From Macrostomum lignano (taxonomy: Eukaryota): a stretch of 58,757 nucleotides of DNA. Where the stretch lies: assembly GCA_002269645.1 (NCBI GenBank), contig NIVC01004129.1:1-58757 (forward strand). The letters are read 5' to 3'. Both the position numbers and the translations under genes were made by a program. Under the pieces are notes generated by a model. It made no database searches. It saw only the letters and a list, made by a program, of their open reading frames with translations, and was not told the DNA's origin. This document shows positions 23,290 to 39,778 of the stretch, one piece after another. Within the stretch, counting starts at the first letter, position 1, and each line of letters opens with the position of its first letter.

Positions 23290-24040
23290 GTCCAGGCTTG
23301 ACCCAGAAAGTCCAGGCTTGACCCAAACGGTCCAGAATTGACCCAAACAGTCCAGGCTTGACCCAAACGGTCCAGGCTTGACCCAAACGGTCCAGGCTTG
23401 ACCCAAACGGTCCAGGCTTGACCCAAACGGTCCAGGATTGACCCAAACGGTCCAGGCTTGACCCAAACGGTCCAGGATTGACCCAAACAGTCCAGGCTTG
23501 ACCCAAACGGTCCAGACTTTATCCAAACAGTTCAGGCTTGACCCAAACGGTCCAGGCTTGACCCAAACAGTTCAGGCTTGACCCAAACCGTCCAGGCTTG
23601 ACCCAGACAGTCCAGGCTTGACCCAAACGGTCCAGGCTTGACCCAAACAGTCCAGACTTGATCCAAACAGTTCAGGCTTGACCCAAACCGTCCAGGCTTG
23701 ACCCAAACAGTCAAGGCTTGACCCAAACGGTCCAGACTTGATCCAAACAGTTCAAGCTTGACCCAAACAGTCCAGACTTGATCCAAACAGTTCAGGCTTG
23801 ACCCAAACCGTCCAGGCTTGACCCAAACAGTCAAGGCTTGACCCAAACGGTCCAGACTTGATCCAAACAGTTCAAGCTTGACCCAAACCGTCCAGGCTTG
23901 ACCCAAACAGTCCAGGCTTGACCCAAACGGTCCAGACTTGATCCAAACAGTTCAGGCTTGACCCAAACCGTCCAGGCTTGACGCAAACAGTCCAGGCTTG
24001 ACCCAAACGGTCCAGGCTTGACCCAGACAGTCCAGGCTTG
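23290..24040 (+). repeat. 20-bp minisatellite (tccaggcttgacccaaacgg)n
   Basis: About 37 copies. Confidence 0.96.
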
Positions 24041-25013
24041 ACGTCAAACAGTCTTAGGTTGAGTTTGATCAAGACACTTCAGAGATATTCCAGAGACATT
24101 TTAGCACATTTTATTCACAATGATGTCAGTAGGAATTAAATAGTACATGCAAGTACACAGAAGCATCCAAAATACAAGTAGGCACGAGTATTTACTTTCT
24201 GTATAATATAACACCTGGTTGACAATAGGCACACACAAAATCAATATTAATACTGCAACCATTAAAGATTAAAATCAATAATTTATTTAATTAAAACAAC
24301 TCAAAATAAAAGATGATATCGCACCAAGATAGGTAATTACAGCAGAGTAAAGATGTCAGATTATAGCTCATTAGTGACATGCGTCAAGCGGTGACTAGAG
24401 CACGGTCGGTATGAGACAAGGTAAAATGCAATTCGAAAAAAAGATACAACTACGGTCTTTATGCCGCCGCTGCACTTAATTAAAACCACCGCTACACTCT
24501 AAATGTGTAGCTGAGACTTTGGGGCCGGGGTTGACGCGTACGACATTCTAGCAACTCTTACGATTCTACAGCTCACGTGATGCGCTCCTGACACAACAGT
24601 CGCCTCTCTGTCGTATTACAGTCGTTTGATCGAGTCGCTAGAGTCGATAGCGAGTTGTTTGCAATGTGACTCTTTAGCGATTCTTGTCACGATAACGTTT
24701 TCAACGGGAAGGACAACCCCCTAGGCACAGACAGTGTGGGCCTGACGATTAGACAGTCCGGGGCCGCTGTACACCCCGTGTGAGCTCATGCCCAGAGCCT
24801 ACAAACTAATAACCACTGACTAAATGGGAATATCGAGAATTAGCGAGCGGGGGGGGATAGAGGGACAATGAATAGAAACCACAACAGCCAGAGTGATAAA
24901 ACGCAGTTTTAAGCCGCAAAACCGGATGCCATGAGTACTTAATAGCCGATATGTATAGAATATATATATAAATCATTTACACAAGCAATCATATTTACAC
25001 AGGATAGGAAATC

Positions 25014-29820
<4,807 letters not shown>

Positions 29821-30462
29821 ATTGACAGCTTGTGATTTGCCGTGTTTAATTGATTTGGAATGTCTATTTTATTCAGCTCTTTCTTGCGCTGTCAAAGCCT
29901 GCAATAAATCAAATTATTGTTTTAACCGTTGATACGCTTCAAGATTTAAAGAATGCTTAAAAATTCTGATTACACTTTTAGAAAGCGTTTGAACGTTCGA
30001 ACATAAAAAATCTCTTTTAAATAGCCTTTGTTTAGTCAAGTACTGCCAAGTATTTCTTAACAGGTGCCCGTGCACTTAAAAATGCCATGCAAAAGCTTTG
30101 AAGATGATTTCAGCAATTTAATTTGCCGCGAAAGTATTGACACAATCCATAAACTTGTTCATGACAAAGGAACGAAAGGAAAACTCATATTATTAATGCA
30201 GAAAAGTAGCTCTCCAGCCTGGAAGCACCGCCAAGTTCAATCTCTTACGAGAGTGCGTCAGTTAAGTAAAAAATCAAGGCAGGTAAAACAGCAAGCAAAT
30301 GAATGCCACTACAGAGCAGATTGATGCATAGATTGCTTATGCATTCATTCTTTATTTCTTTGCATTTTAGGGCGCTCATATTTAAGCCGAAAAGTATACA
30401 TCCGAATTATCAACAGGATAAAAGAGTTCCAAGTTCGGATTGACATCACAATTCCAAAACAT

Positions 30463-30768
30463 TTAGCCGAATCGGTATCTCCAATCTAACAGGTTGTACC
30501 TTCTAGTATTCGGCACGCGAGGCAGCGGCTTCAGGTAGGACAGCTGAGACGAGACCAGAAACGAGCGCGGCGACGATTGTCCGAAATAGCCGTTGCGACG
30601 CGCCAGATGGCCGTCCTGCATAGGGCGCCACAGACTGGCCCAATTCTCCACCTTGTTGGCGTAGTTCAAAGTCGCCTTCTCCTCATTAGACTGTTGAGCA
30701 ACGGCATTGCAATCGGCCGTGTTAACGATAAGAACAACGAATAGCAGAAATACGTCTAGACAGCGCAT
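30463..30768 (-). CDS. Candidate secreted neuropeptide precursor (C-terminal RFamide), 101 aa
   Basis: ATG start, hydrophobic signal peptide MRCLDVFLLFVVLIVNTADC, two RR dibasic sites, ending RR-YNLLDWRYRF-G-stop. Confidence 0.75.
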   Translation of the reverse strand: MRCLDVFLLFVVLIVNTADCNAVAQQSNEEKATLNYANKVENWASLWRPMQDGHLARRNGYFGQSSPRSFLVSSQLSYLKPLPRVPNTRRYNLLDWRYRFG

Positions 30769-31479
30769 TGTTCTTAATTACCAACAAGATAAGAGGTGAC
30801 AGGCGACTTCAAATGAAGCCCGATTCGGACCGACTATTCAAGCTTGAAGGCCACTCATTTATAACCAAATCTTTCTGCTCTTCAGTTGTTTTGTCGAATA
30901 GGAAAATCCAACCAATAGGAATACCGGATGAAGCTAGGGATGCTGACCATTTGACTGGCAAATGATTTGCGCCAATTAGGAGACCATCATTAGGAGACCA
31001 GTTGCCGGAACGCGTCCAAACACCCTTGCAGCTGCTTTCAGTGCGACATCAGGAAGAAAAGTATCATTTTTTCAGAACAGTTAAACGACTCGGATATTCT
31101 CAATGGCTTGGGTTATATCGATGCCAAATTTGCTTGTTTGATTGGTGTCTTTTTTACAGCAAGTTCCATACCACCCATAGGCATATGACAACAGAAATAT
31201 CATGCCCTTTTAACGGATTGAAGCAAGGCAAACGCGCAAAAACTTAAGAGTGTTTTTGGTCAATTTTTATATGCAAATTAAATGCAAATCAACTCAGGCA
31301 AAATACTTGTTTCAAAGACTCGCATGGACTGCCATGAATTTCTCATTCATTCGCATCATGTAAAATTTTTGGGGATCTTTCAAAACTATTATTGCTTTGA
31401 TCTTGATTTGGTAAATTTTATGACCTAATGGAACGTTAGTCCATGTCCCACAGTTTAAAAAAGCGCTCGTGCCTAGCTG

Positions 31480-32620
31480 GATAAAATCTAGCTAGAAAAC
31501 ATCCAACTGGAAAACATCTAGCTGGAATGCATCTAGATGCAAGAAACATCTAGCTGAAAAATTTATAGTTGGGAAGCATCTAGGTGACAAACATCTAGCT
31601 GGAAATAACTAGTTGGGAAACATCTATGCGGAAAATATCTAGTTGGGAAACATCTATGCGGAAAATATCTAGTTGGGAAACATCTATGCGGAAAATATCT
31701 AGTTGGGAAACATCTATGCGGAAAATATCTAGTTGGGAAACATCTATGCGGAAAATATCTAGTTGGGAAACATCTATGCGGAAAATATCTAGTTGGGAAA
31801 CATCTATGCGGAAAATATCTAGTTGGGAAATATCTATGCGGAAAATATCTAGTTGGGAAACATCTATGCGGAAAATATCTAGTTGGGAAACATCTATGCG
31901 GAAAATATCTAGTTGGGAAACATCTATGCGGAAAATATCTAGTTGGGAAACATCTATGCGGAAAATATCTAGTTGGGAAACATCTATGCGGAAAATATCT
32001 AGTTGGGAAACATCTATGCGGAAAATATCTAGTTGGGAAACATCTATGCGGAAAATATCTAGTTGGGAAACATCTATGCGGAAAATATCTAGCTGGGAAA
32101 CATCTATGCGGAAAATATCTAGTTGGCTAACATCTTGATAAAAACATCTAGCTGGAAAATATCTAGTTGGGAAACATCTATGCGGAAAATATCTAGTTGG
32201 GAAACATCTATGCGGAAAATATCTAGTTGGGAAACATCTATGCGGAAAATATCTAGTTGGGAAACATCTATGCGGAAAATATCTAGTTGGGAAACATCTA
32301 TGCGGAAAATATCTAGTTGGGAAACATCTATGCGGAAAATATCTAGTTGGGAAACATCTATGCGGAAAATATCTAGTTGGGAAACATCTATGCGGAAAAT
32401 ATCTAGTTGGGAAACATCTATGCGGAAAATATCTAGCTGGGAAACATCTATGCGGAAAATATCTAGTTGGGAAACATCTATGCGGAAAATATCTAGTTGG
32501 GAAGCATCTATGCGGAAAATATCTAGCTGGGAAACATCTATGCGGAAAATATCTAGCTGGCTAACATCTCGATAAAAACATCTAGCTGGAAAATATCTAG
32601 TTGGAAAAAATCTAGCTGGA
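31480..32620 (+). repeat. 30-bp minisatellite (catctatgcggaaaatatctagttgggaaa)n
   Basis: About 30 near-perfect copies with degenerate flanking units. Confidence 0.97.
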
Positions 32621-33299
32621 ACGAGTCAAGACGAAAAGATATTTCAATTGTAAATATAAAAATGCATTTTAGCAGAAATATTCGTGCCTATTAAAGCATC
32701 GTTACCAAATATAAGTTCAGGCTTTCGCGCAGGAAAGCATCGCCATATGGACTTTACTTGTAGATGCAGTATAAACAAACTGTTATTGAGTCCAGAATAT
32801 TTTGCGACGATAAACCAAATTAAAAATATTTTTGTGGTGCAAAGGACGAATTTTCTGACGCAGTTTGGGAAGAAAGTTGAGTAGCCGACTTAAGCTGAAT
32901 TTTCCCACTGGCCAGGCAACCCCGTTCCCGTGGGACTCCAGGTGGAAAAAAAAGCTTTGAATATTTAAAAAAGAAAAATTTACTTGCTAGGCTTTAAAAG
33001 TAACTAGCGACGGCTTTGAAGAAGAAGCAGAAGAACATCAAGGCCGCGATTGAGCAATTCAACACTCGAAATCTTTTAACAGCTTAACGGCTTAATTTTC
33101 CATCTTTCTTGGATTGCTAAATCCGCCGCATCAACCTGAAGCGGCTGGGTAGAGGCAAAAAAATTCTGTTTAAAATTGAAATGACAGCCAAAAGGAAGAA
33201 ATTTCTATCAGATACTTGCTGTTTCTACTAGTCATAGATAGGCCAAAGACATTTAAAACATGATCTTTCAAGAAACCTATCTATGAAAAATGTGTTGAT

Positions 33300-33845
33300 A
33301 TGTCTGTCTGCCTGTGTGTCTGTCTGCCTGTGTGTCTGTCTGTCTGCCTGTGTCTGTCTGTCTGCCTGTGTGTCTGTCTGTCTGCCTGTCTGCCTGTGTG
33401 TCTGCCTGTCTGCCTGTGTGTCTGCCTGTGTGTCTGCCTGCCTGCCTGCCTGTGTGTCTGTCTGTCTGCCTGTGTCTGTCTGTCTGTCTGTGTGTCTGTC
33501 TGCCTGTGTGTCTGTCTGCCTGTGTGTCTGTCTGTCTGTCTGCCTGTGTGTCTGTCTGTCTGTCTGCCTGTGTCTGTCTGCCTGCCTGCCTGCCTGTGTG
33601 TCTGTCTGTCTGCCTGTGTCTGTCTGTCTGTCTGTGTGTCTGTCTGCCTGTGTGTCTGTCTGCCTGTGTGTCTGTCTGTCTGTCTGCCTGTGTGTCTGTC
33701 TGTCTGTCTGCCTGTGTCTGTCTGCCTGCCTGCCTGCCTGCCTGTGTGTCTGTCTGTCTGCCTGTCTGCCTGTGTCTGTCTGTCTGCCTGCCTGCCTGCC
33801 TGTCTGTCTGTCTGCTTGTGTGTCTGTCTGTCTGCTTGTGTGTGT
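33300..33845 (+). repeat. Compound (TCTG/CCTG/TG)n microsatellite
   Basis: Direct observation. Confidence 0.96.
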
Positions 33846-34101
33846 ACACCTCTGCACATCTGCCTATTCAATAATTCATCATTTAATCAAATCCATCCAT
33901 CTACAGTATAGACTAATCTATTCATCCTTCCTGTATCTACCCATACCATATGCATACTAATCAAGTTATCAAAAAAATTCTACTACTAGTTTAGAAACCT
34001 GGCGTTTAACTGAGATATTGAAAGTTTCAATAAAGAAATAATATGATTAGAAAAATATAATACGCTATCGACTTAGTAAGTCGAAATGAGAGGCTCTAAA
34101 T

Positions 34102-35442
34102 CAGGGGGTCAGCAAACTCCGGAACGCGGGCCACATGCGGCTAGCAAAGCCTTTCTTTCCGCCCTCGGGTCCTTTGAAACTTAATATAATAGCAATCCGG
34201 CCCGCTTAAGGTTTGCCTCTTCTGAGTTCCTTTTCTTTTCTTTTCCCATCTCTCCTCTCCTCTTATCTTCTCTCCTCTTCTCTCACCATGGCTCTGATCT
34301 CGCTTCTCACCTTTATCTCTTCTCTCATCTCTATTACCTTTTCCTCTCTCATCTGGCCCGCAGTTAATGATCTAAAGACCCTATCTGGCCCGCAGTTAAT
34401 GATCTAAAGACTCTATCTGGCCCGCAGTTAATGATCTAAAGACTCTATCTGGCCCGCAGTTAATGATCTAAAGACCCTATCTGGCCCGCAGTTAATGATC
34501 TAAAGACTCTATCTGGCCCGCAGTTAATGATCTAAAGACTCTATCTGGCCCGCAGTTAATGATCTAAAGACTCTATCTGGCCCGCAGTTAATGATCTAAA
34601 GACTCTATCTGGCTCGCAGTTAATGATCTAAAGACTCTATCTGGCCCGCAGTTAATGATCTAAAGACTCTATCTGGCCCGCAGTTAATGATCTAAAGACT
34701 CTATCTGGCCCGCAGTTAATGATCTAAAGACTCTATCTGGCCCGCAGTTAATGATCTAAAGACTCTATCTGGCCCGCAGTTAATGATCTAAAGACCCTAT
34801 CTGGCCCGCAGTTAATGATCTAAAGACTCTATCTGGCCCGCAGTTAATGATCTAAAGACTCTATCTGGCCCGCAGTTAATGATCTGAAGACTCTATCTGG
34901 CTCGCAGTTAATGATCTAAAGACCCTATCTGGCCCGCAGTTAATGATCTAAAGACTCTATCTGGCCCGCAGTTAATGATCTAAAGACTCTATCTGGCCCG
35001 CAGTTAATGATCTAAAGACTCTATCTGGCCCGCAGTTAATGATCTAAAGACTCTATCTGGCTCGCAGTTAATGATCTGAAGACTCTATCTGGCCCGCAGT
35101 TAATGATCTAAAGACTCTATCTGGCCCGCAGTTAATGATCTAAAGACTCTATCTGGCTCGCAGTTAATGATCTAAAGACTCTATCTGGCTCGCAGTTAAT
35201 GATCTGAAGACTCTATCTGGCCCGCAGTTAATGATCTGAAGACTCTATCTGGCCCGCAGTTAATGATCTAAAGACCCTATCTGGCCCGCAGTTAATGATC
35301 TAAAGACCCTATCTGGCCCGCAGTTAATGATCTAAAGACCCTATCTGGCCCGCAGTTAATGATCTAAAGACCCTATCTGGCCCGCAGTTAATGATCTAAA
35401 GACTCTATCTGGCCCTTGAGGTTAAAAGTTTGCCAACCCCTG
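34102..35442. mobile_element. Non-autonomous hAT (Charlie-type) element carrying a 32-bp tandem array
   Basis: TIRs cagggggtcagcaaact / agtttgccaacccctg; perfect 8-bp TSD ctctaaat at 34094-34101 and 35443-35450. Confidence 0.92.
34370..35415 (+). repeat. 32-bp minisatellite (atctggcccgcagttaatgatctaaagactct)n inside the hAT element
   Basis: About 32 copies. Confidence 0.97.
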
Positions 35443-35914
35443 CTCTAAATCGAGGATTCGAACCCACGCAGACATGTAAAAGCAAACCATCTTTCTATTA
35501 TAAACACAGTATAAAAAGTGGGGAAAGGAGAAGAGGTGTTAAATATGTTGAATTATATTATGTATGAAAATAATTTTATTTAATTTGCAGTTTTCAAGAG
35601 AGACAAAAATGCACACACAATATTAGAATACTGTACACAGTTGAGACGACAAGCTGCATAAACAAATTTTACTTTTTACACAAACTCAAGCAAACTCATT
35701 CTTAGAGACAGAGAATCGTATATCCTTCGTCGAGCCCAACTCTCATACCTATCAGATTAGTGTCAGCCTGTTTACTTCATCTCCTATTAATAACCAATTA
35801 ATCCAGTCAGCTGAAGTAGGAGACTTACTAAGCCTAACAGCATGTTTTTGAACGTCACATGCCCGTTGCAAACTTGTAGCTCATCAGCTGTGGGAAGACA
35901 AACATCTTTAATGG

Positions 35915-36500
35915 GGATCTTAGTGACCCGATAATCGGGATCTCAGTGACCCGATAATGGAGATCTCAGTGACCCGATAATGGGAATCTCAGTGACCCGA
36001 TAATAGGGATGCCAGTGACCCGATAATGGGAATCTCAGTGACCCGATAATGGAGATCTCAGTGACCCGATAATGGGGATCTCAGTGACCCGATAATGGGA
36101 ATCTCAGTGACCCGATAATGGAGATCTCAGTGACCCGATAATGGGGATCTCCGTGACCCGATAATGGAGATCTCAGTGACCCGATAATGGGGATGCCAGT
36201 GACCCGATAATAGGGATGCCAGTGACCCGATAATGGGAATCTCAGTGACCCGATAATGGAGATCTCAGTGACCCGATAATGGGGATCTCAGTGACCCGAT
36301 AATGGGAATCTAAGTGACCCGATAATGGGGATCTCAGTGACCCGATAATGGGGTTCTCAGTGACCCGATAATGGGGATCTCAGTGACCCGATAATGGGGA
36401 GCTCAGTGACCCGATAATGGGGATCTCAGTGACCCGATAATGGGGAGCTCAGGGACCCGATAATAGAGATCTCAGGGACCCGATAATGGAGATCTCAGGG
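35915..36500 (+). repeat. 23-bp minisatellite (gtgacccgataatggggatctca)n
   Basis: About 25 copies downstream of CCDC97. Confidence 0.96.
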
Positions 36501-36628
36501 AGATCTTAGCGGCCCTACAATAGGATAGATTCAGTATTACAGAATGAGGACCCTAACTGACAATAGTGGGATCTGCAAAAGTTCGCATGGCAACGAGAAG
36601 TGAGCAGCTAGTGGACTTAAGGATTCGG

Positions 36629-38534
36629 CTAGCTGGGCTCCTCGGAATCGAAGTAGCGATCCTCCTCGTCCCGCTCAAACTCGCCGGACAAATCCAAGCC
36701 GTCGTCCCGGTCGACCTGGCCGTAGTCAAAGTACTCAACGTCCTTTCCGGCCAAGAAGCGACGCTGCATCAACGCCAAGAACTCCGAACGAAGCAGCTGA
36801 CGCTTGCGATCCGGCAGGAATCTGCCGCCGATGCCGCCGGCCTCATTATCACCATCATCCTCCTCCTCCTCCTCCTCGTTGTTCGATGAGTTGTCAGAAT
36901 CCGCTGCGGCCGCGGCTTCGTATCTACGGTTGGTAATTGGAATGGGGATTTCTATTCATTCAGAATGGGGATTTCTATTCATTCAGAATGGGGATTTCTA
37001 TTCATTCAGAATGGGGATTTCTATTCATTCAGAATGGGGATTTCTATTCATTCAGAATGGGGATGTCTATTCATTCAGAATGGGGATTTCTATTCATTCA
37101 GAATGGGGATTTCTATTCATTCAAAATGGGGATTTCTATTCAGTCAGAATGGGGATTTCTATTCAGTCAGAATGGGGATTTCTATTCATTCACAATGGGA
37201 TTTCTATTCATTCACAATGGGGATTTCTATTCAGTCAGAATGGGGATTTCTATTCAGTCAGAATGGGGATTTCTATTCAGTCAGAATGGGGATTTCTATT
37301 CATTCACAATGGGGATTTCTATTTATTCACAATGGGGATTTCTATTCATTCAGAATGGGGATTTCTATTCATTCAGAATGGGGATTTCTATTCATTCAGA
37401 ATGGGGATTTCTATTCATTCAGAATGGGGATGTCTATTCATTCAGAATGGGGATTTCTATTCATTCAGAATGGGGATTTCTATTCATTCAAAATGGGGAT
37501 TTCTATTTAGTCAGAATGGGGATTTCTATTCAGTCAGAATGGGGATTTCTATTCATTCACAATGGGGATTTCTATTCATTCACAATGGGGATTTCTATTC
37601 ATTCACAATGGGGATTTCTATTCAGTCAGAATGGGGATTTCTATTCAGTCACAATGGGGATTTCTATTCATTCACAATGGGGATTTCTATTCAGTCAGAA
37701 TGGGGATTTCTATTCAGTCAGAATGGGGATTTCTATTCATTCACAATGGGGATTTCTATTCATTCCGAATGGGGATTTCGATTCATTCAGAATGGGGATT
37801 TCGATTCATTCAGAATGGGGATTTCTATTCATTCAGAATGGGGATTTCTATTCAGTCAGAATGGGGATTTCGATTCATTAAGAATGGGGATTTCGATTCA
37901 GTCAGAATGGGGATTTCGATTCATTAAGAATGGGGATTTCGATTCATTCAGAATGGGGATTTCTATCCTCTATTTTTATGCTTTGGAAAAGGTTGAGACT
38001 GGCATCAGGTAAGGTATCTCAAACTCTAACAGCAGTAATCAACCCTAAATTATGAGAACTCAGCAACCCGAACCTGGAATTCTCCTCCAGCCGGACGCAG
38101 TGCTGAGTAAGGAAATGCGACATCACGCTCTCTCCGTCGCCTCCGGCAGCAGCAGCGGCGGCGGCGGCCGCTGAACTCTGCCGATGGACGTCCTCGCGGG
38201 TCAAGTACCGGCCGATGTACTTGTGATACAGGTAGGGCTCTCGGTTGCGCATGCTCTCGTCCGAGAAATACTCGCCCTCCGTTGCTAGGCGCTGCATCGC
38301 TTGGAATCGCCGATTGCGCAGGCGCTGCGTACGGCCTGTAGGCCGGCTGGAGCGGCAGCGGCGCCGCCATTCCGCCTCTGCATCCGGGTTTACATCCGGG
38401 TTCATATCCGGGTTTACATCCGGGTTCATATTCGGGTTCATATCCGAATTTACATCCGGGTTTACATCCGGGTTCAGTTCCGCTTCAATACCAGCGGAAG
38501 CTGAGTCGCAGGCAAAAGTTTTCTCAATTTCCAT
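36629..38534 (-). CDS. CCDC97: CCDC97 (DUF2052) ortholog, at least 251 aa, 2 exons identified
   Basis: Exons 38534-38074 and 36923-36629 (phase 2). Motifs RLRNRRFQAMQRL..GEYFSDESMRNREPYLYHKYIGRYL and LRSEFLALMQRRFLAGKD.EYFDY..VD.D..LD......RDEEDRYFDSEEP match remembered CCDC97 motifs. A further 5' exon is possible. Confidence 0.9.
36937..37965 (+). repeat. 23-bp minisatellite (cagaatggggatttctattcatt)n in CCDC97 intron
   Basis: About 44 copies starting about 15 nt from the 3' splice site. Confidence 0.97.
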
Positions 38535-39254
38535 CGGACACTACACATCGGATGCTTCAATTATAATTCAGTAATCATTCGACGCAGAAATTCCAATTAA
38601 CAAACTTTTATATTCTTACTCTTAAATAATCTTCAATGCAATTAAGGGGAAAATAACTACTAATATGAATAAGTCTTCTATTAGTAATATTATTAGAGGA
38701 AACTAAAAAACACAGATCAATAAGTTAAAGATTACACACAAGCATTGACAACACATTTATTAATGAACAGTGTAAACATATTACTAATTATATTACATAT
38801 TGTAAGCACAGACTGCTATGTACAAGTATTAAATAGGTAGTACATGAATAAAAATGATACATAGTTTAAATACGCACTCAATTAGCATTTTCCGGCAAAA
38901 GCGAAAGAAACGATTTATTGAAAGCGAATAAAGCTACAATAAATATTGGATTATTCCTATCAGAACTATATTAATTTAAAAAGGGGCAACGTAGGACTTA
39001 CTGGTTTAGGTAGTATTGACTGACCGATAACACTAAATATTAACTAATTAATTATTTCAAACACTTAAAGGTTATTCTCAATTCAGAGCCTAACAAATCA
39101 TATTATTAAACGGCATTATAAATACCCGATAGTAAAGTTGCTCGTGTAATCACCAGGGATGCAGTAAATCCGAGAAATTATACTCGTACTTTAAACTAAT
39201 GAACACAAAGAAACAAGAAGCAATTTCAGTGACACTACCAGGTACCAAAAGGTG

Positions 39255-39550
39255 AGTTCAGATGGGACTGGGGCTACTCAGATTGGACTGGGGCTACTCA
39301 GATTGGACTGGGGCTACTCAGATGGGACTGGGGCTACTCAGATGGGACTGGGGCTACTCAGATGGGACTGAGGCTACTCAGATTGGACTGGGGCTACTCA
39401 GATTGGACTGGGGCTACTCAGATGGGACTGAGGCTACTCAGATGGGACTGGGGCTACTCAGATGGGACTGAGGCTACTCAGATGGGACTGAGGCAACTCA
39501 GATGGGACTGGGGCTACTCAGATGGGACTGGGGCTACTCAGATGGGACTT
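39255..39550 (-). repeat. 20-bp minisatellite, reverse complement of the 26808-27222 unit
   Basis: (gatgggactggggctactca)n, about 14 copies. Confidence 0.95.
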
Positions 39551-39778
39551 GCGAAAGTTTGCGAGCTTTCGGGCACAGAAAGGCGCACAATGAACCAAAA
39601 TGATCTACTTTAAAACCGAGATCACAGACAGATCACTATTAAAGCGAGAGCCATACAATCGGCACATGGACAAACAGATTAAATGCACATTTTTAAACAC
39701 AGAGTAAACCCAAAACAAAACAAATTGGAAATTGAAACTCCGAGGAAAGTAGATACGTTGCTGCTTGTATTTTTGTTC

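Noticed and set aside
31626-32575. (MRKISSWETS)n repeat protein
   Set aside because: The unit is 30 bp and happens to lack a stop in one frame; no signal peptide, splice context or unique domain.
35860-35900. Hammerhead ribozyme core (CTGATGAG on the minus strand)
   Set aside because: No properly placed GAAA or closing stems found; other CTGATGA hits also fail.
34370-37965. CRISPR-like arrays (23-32-bp repeats)
   Set aside because: Repeats are head-to-tail with no unique spacers, there are no cas genes, and the context is eukaryotic.
36804-38012. 400-aa and 314-aa plus-strand repeat ORFs
   Set aside because: Antisense translation of the 23-bp array in the CCDC97 intron.
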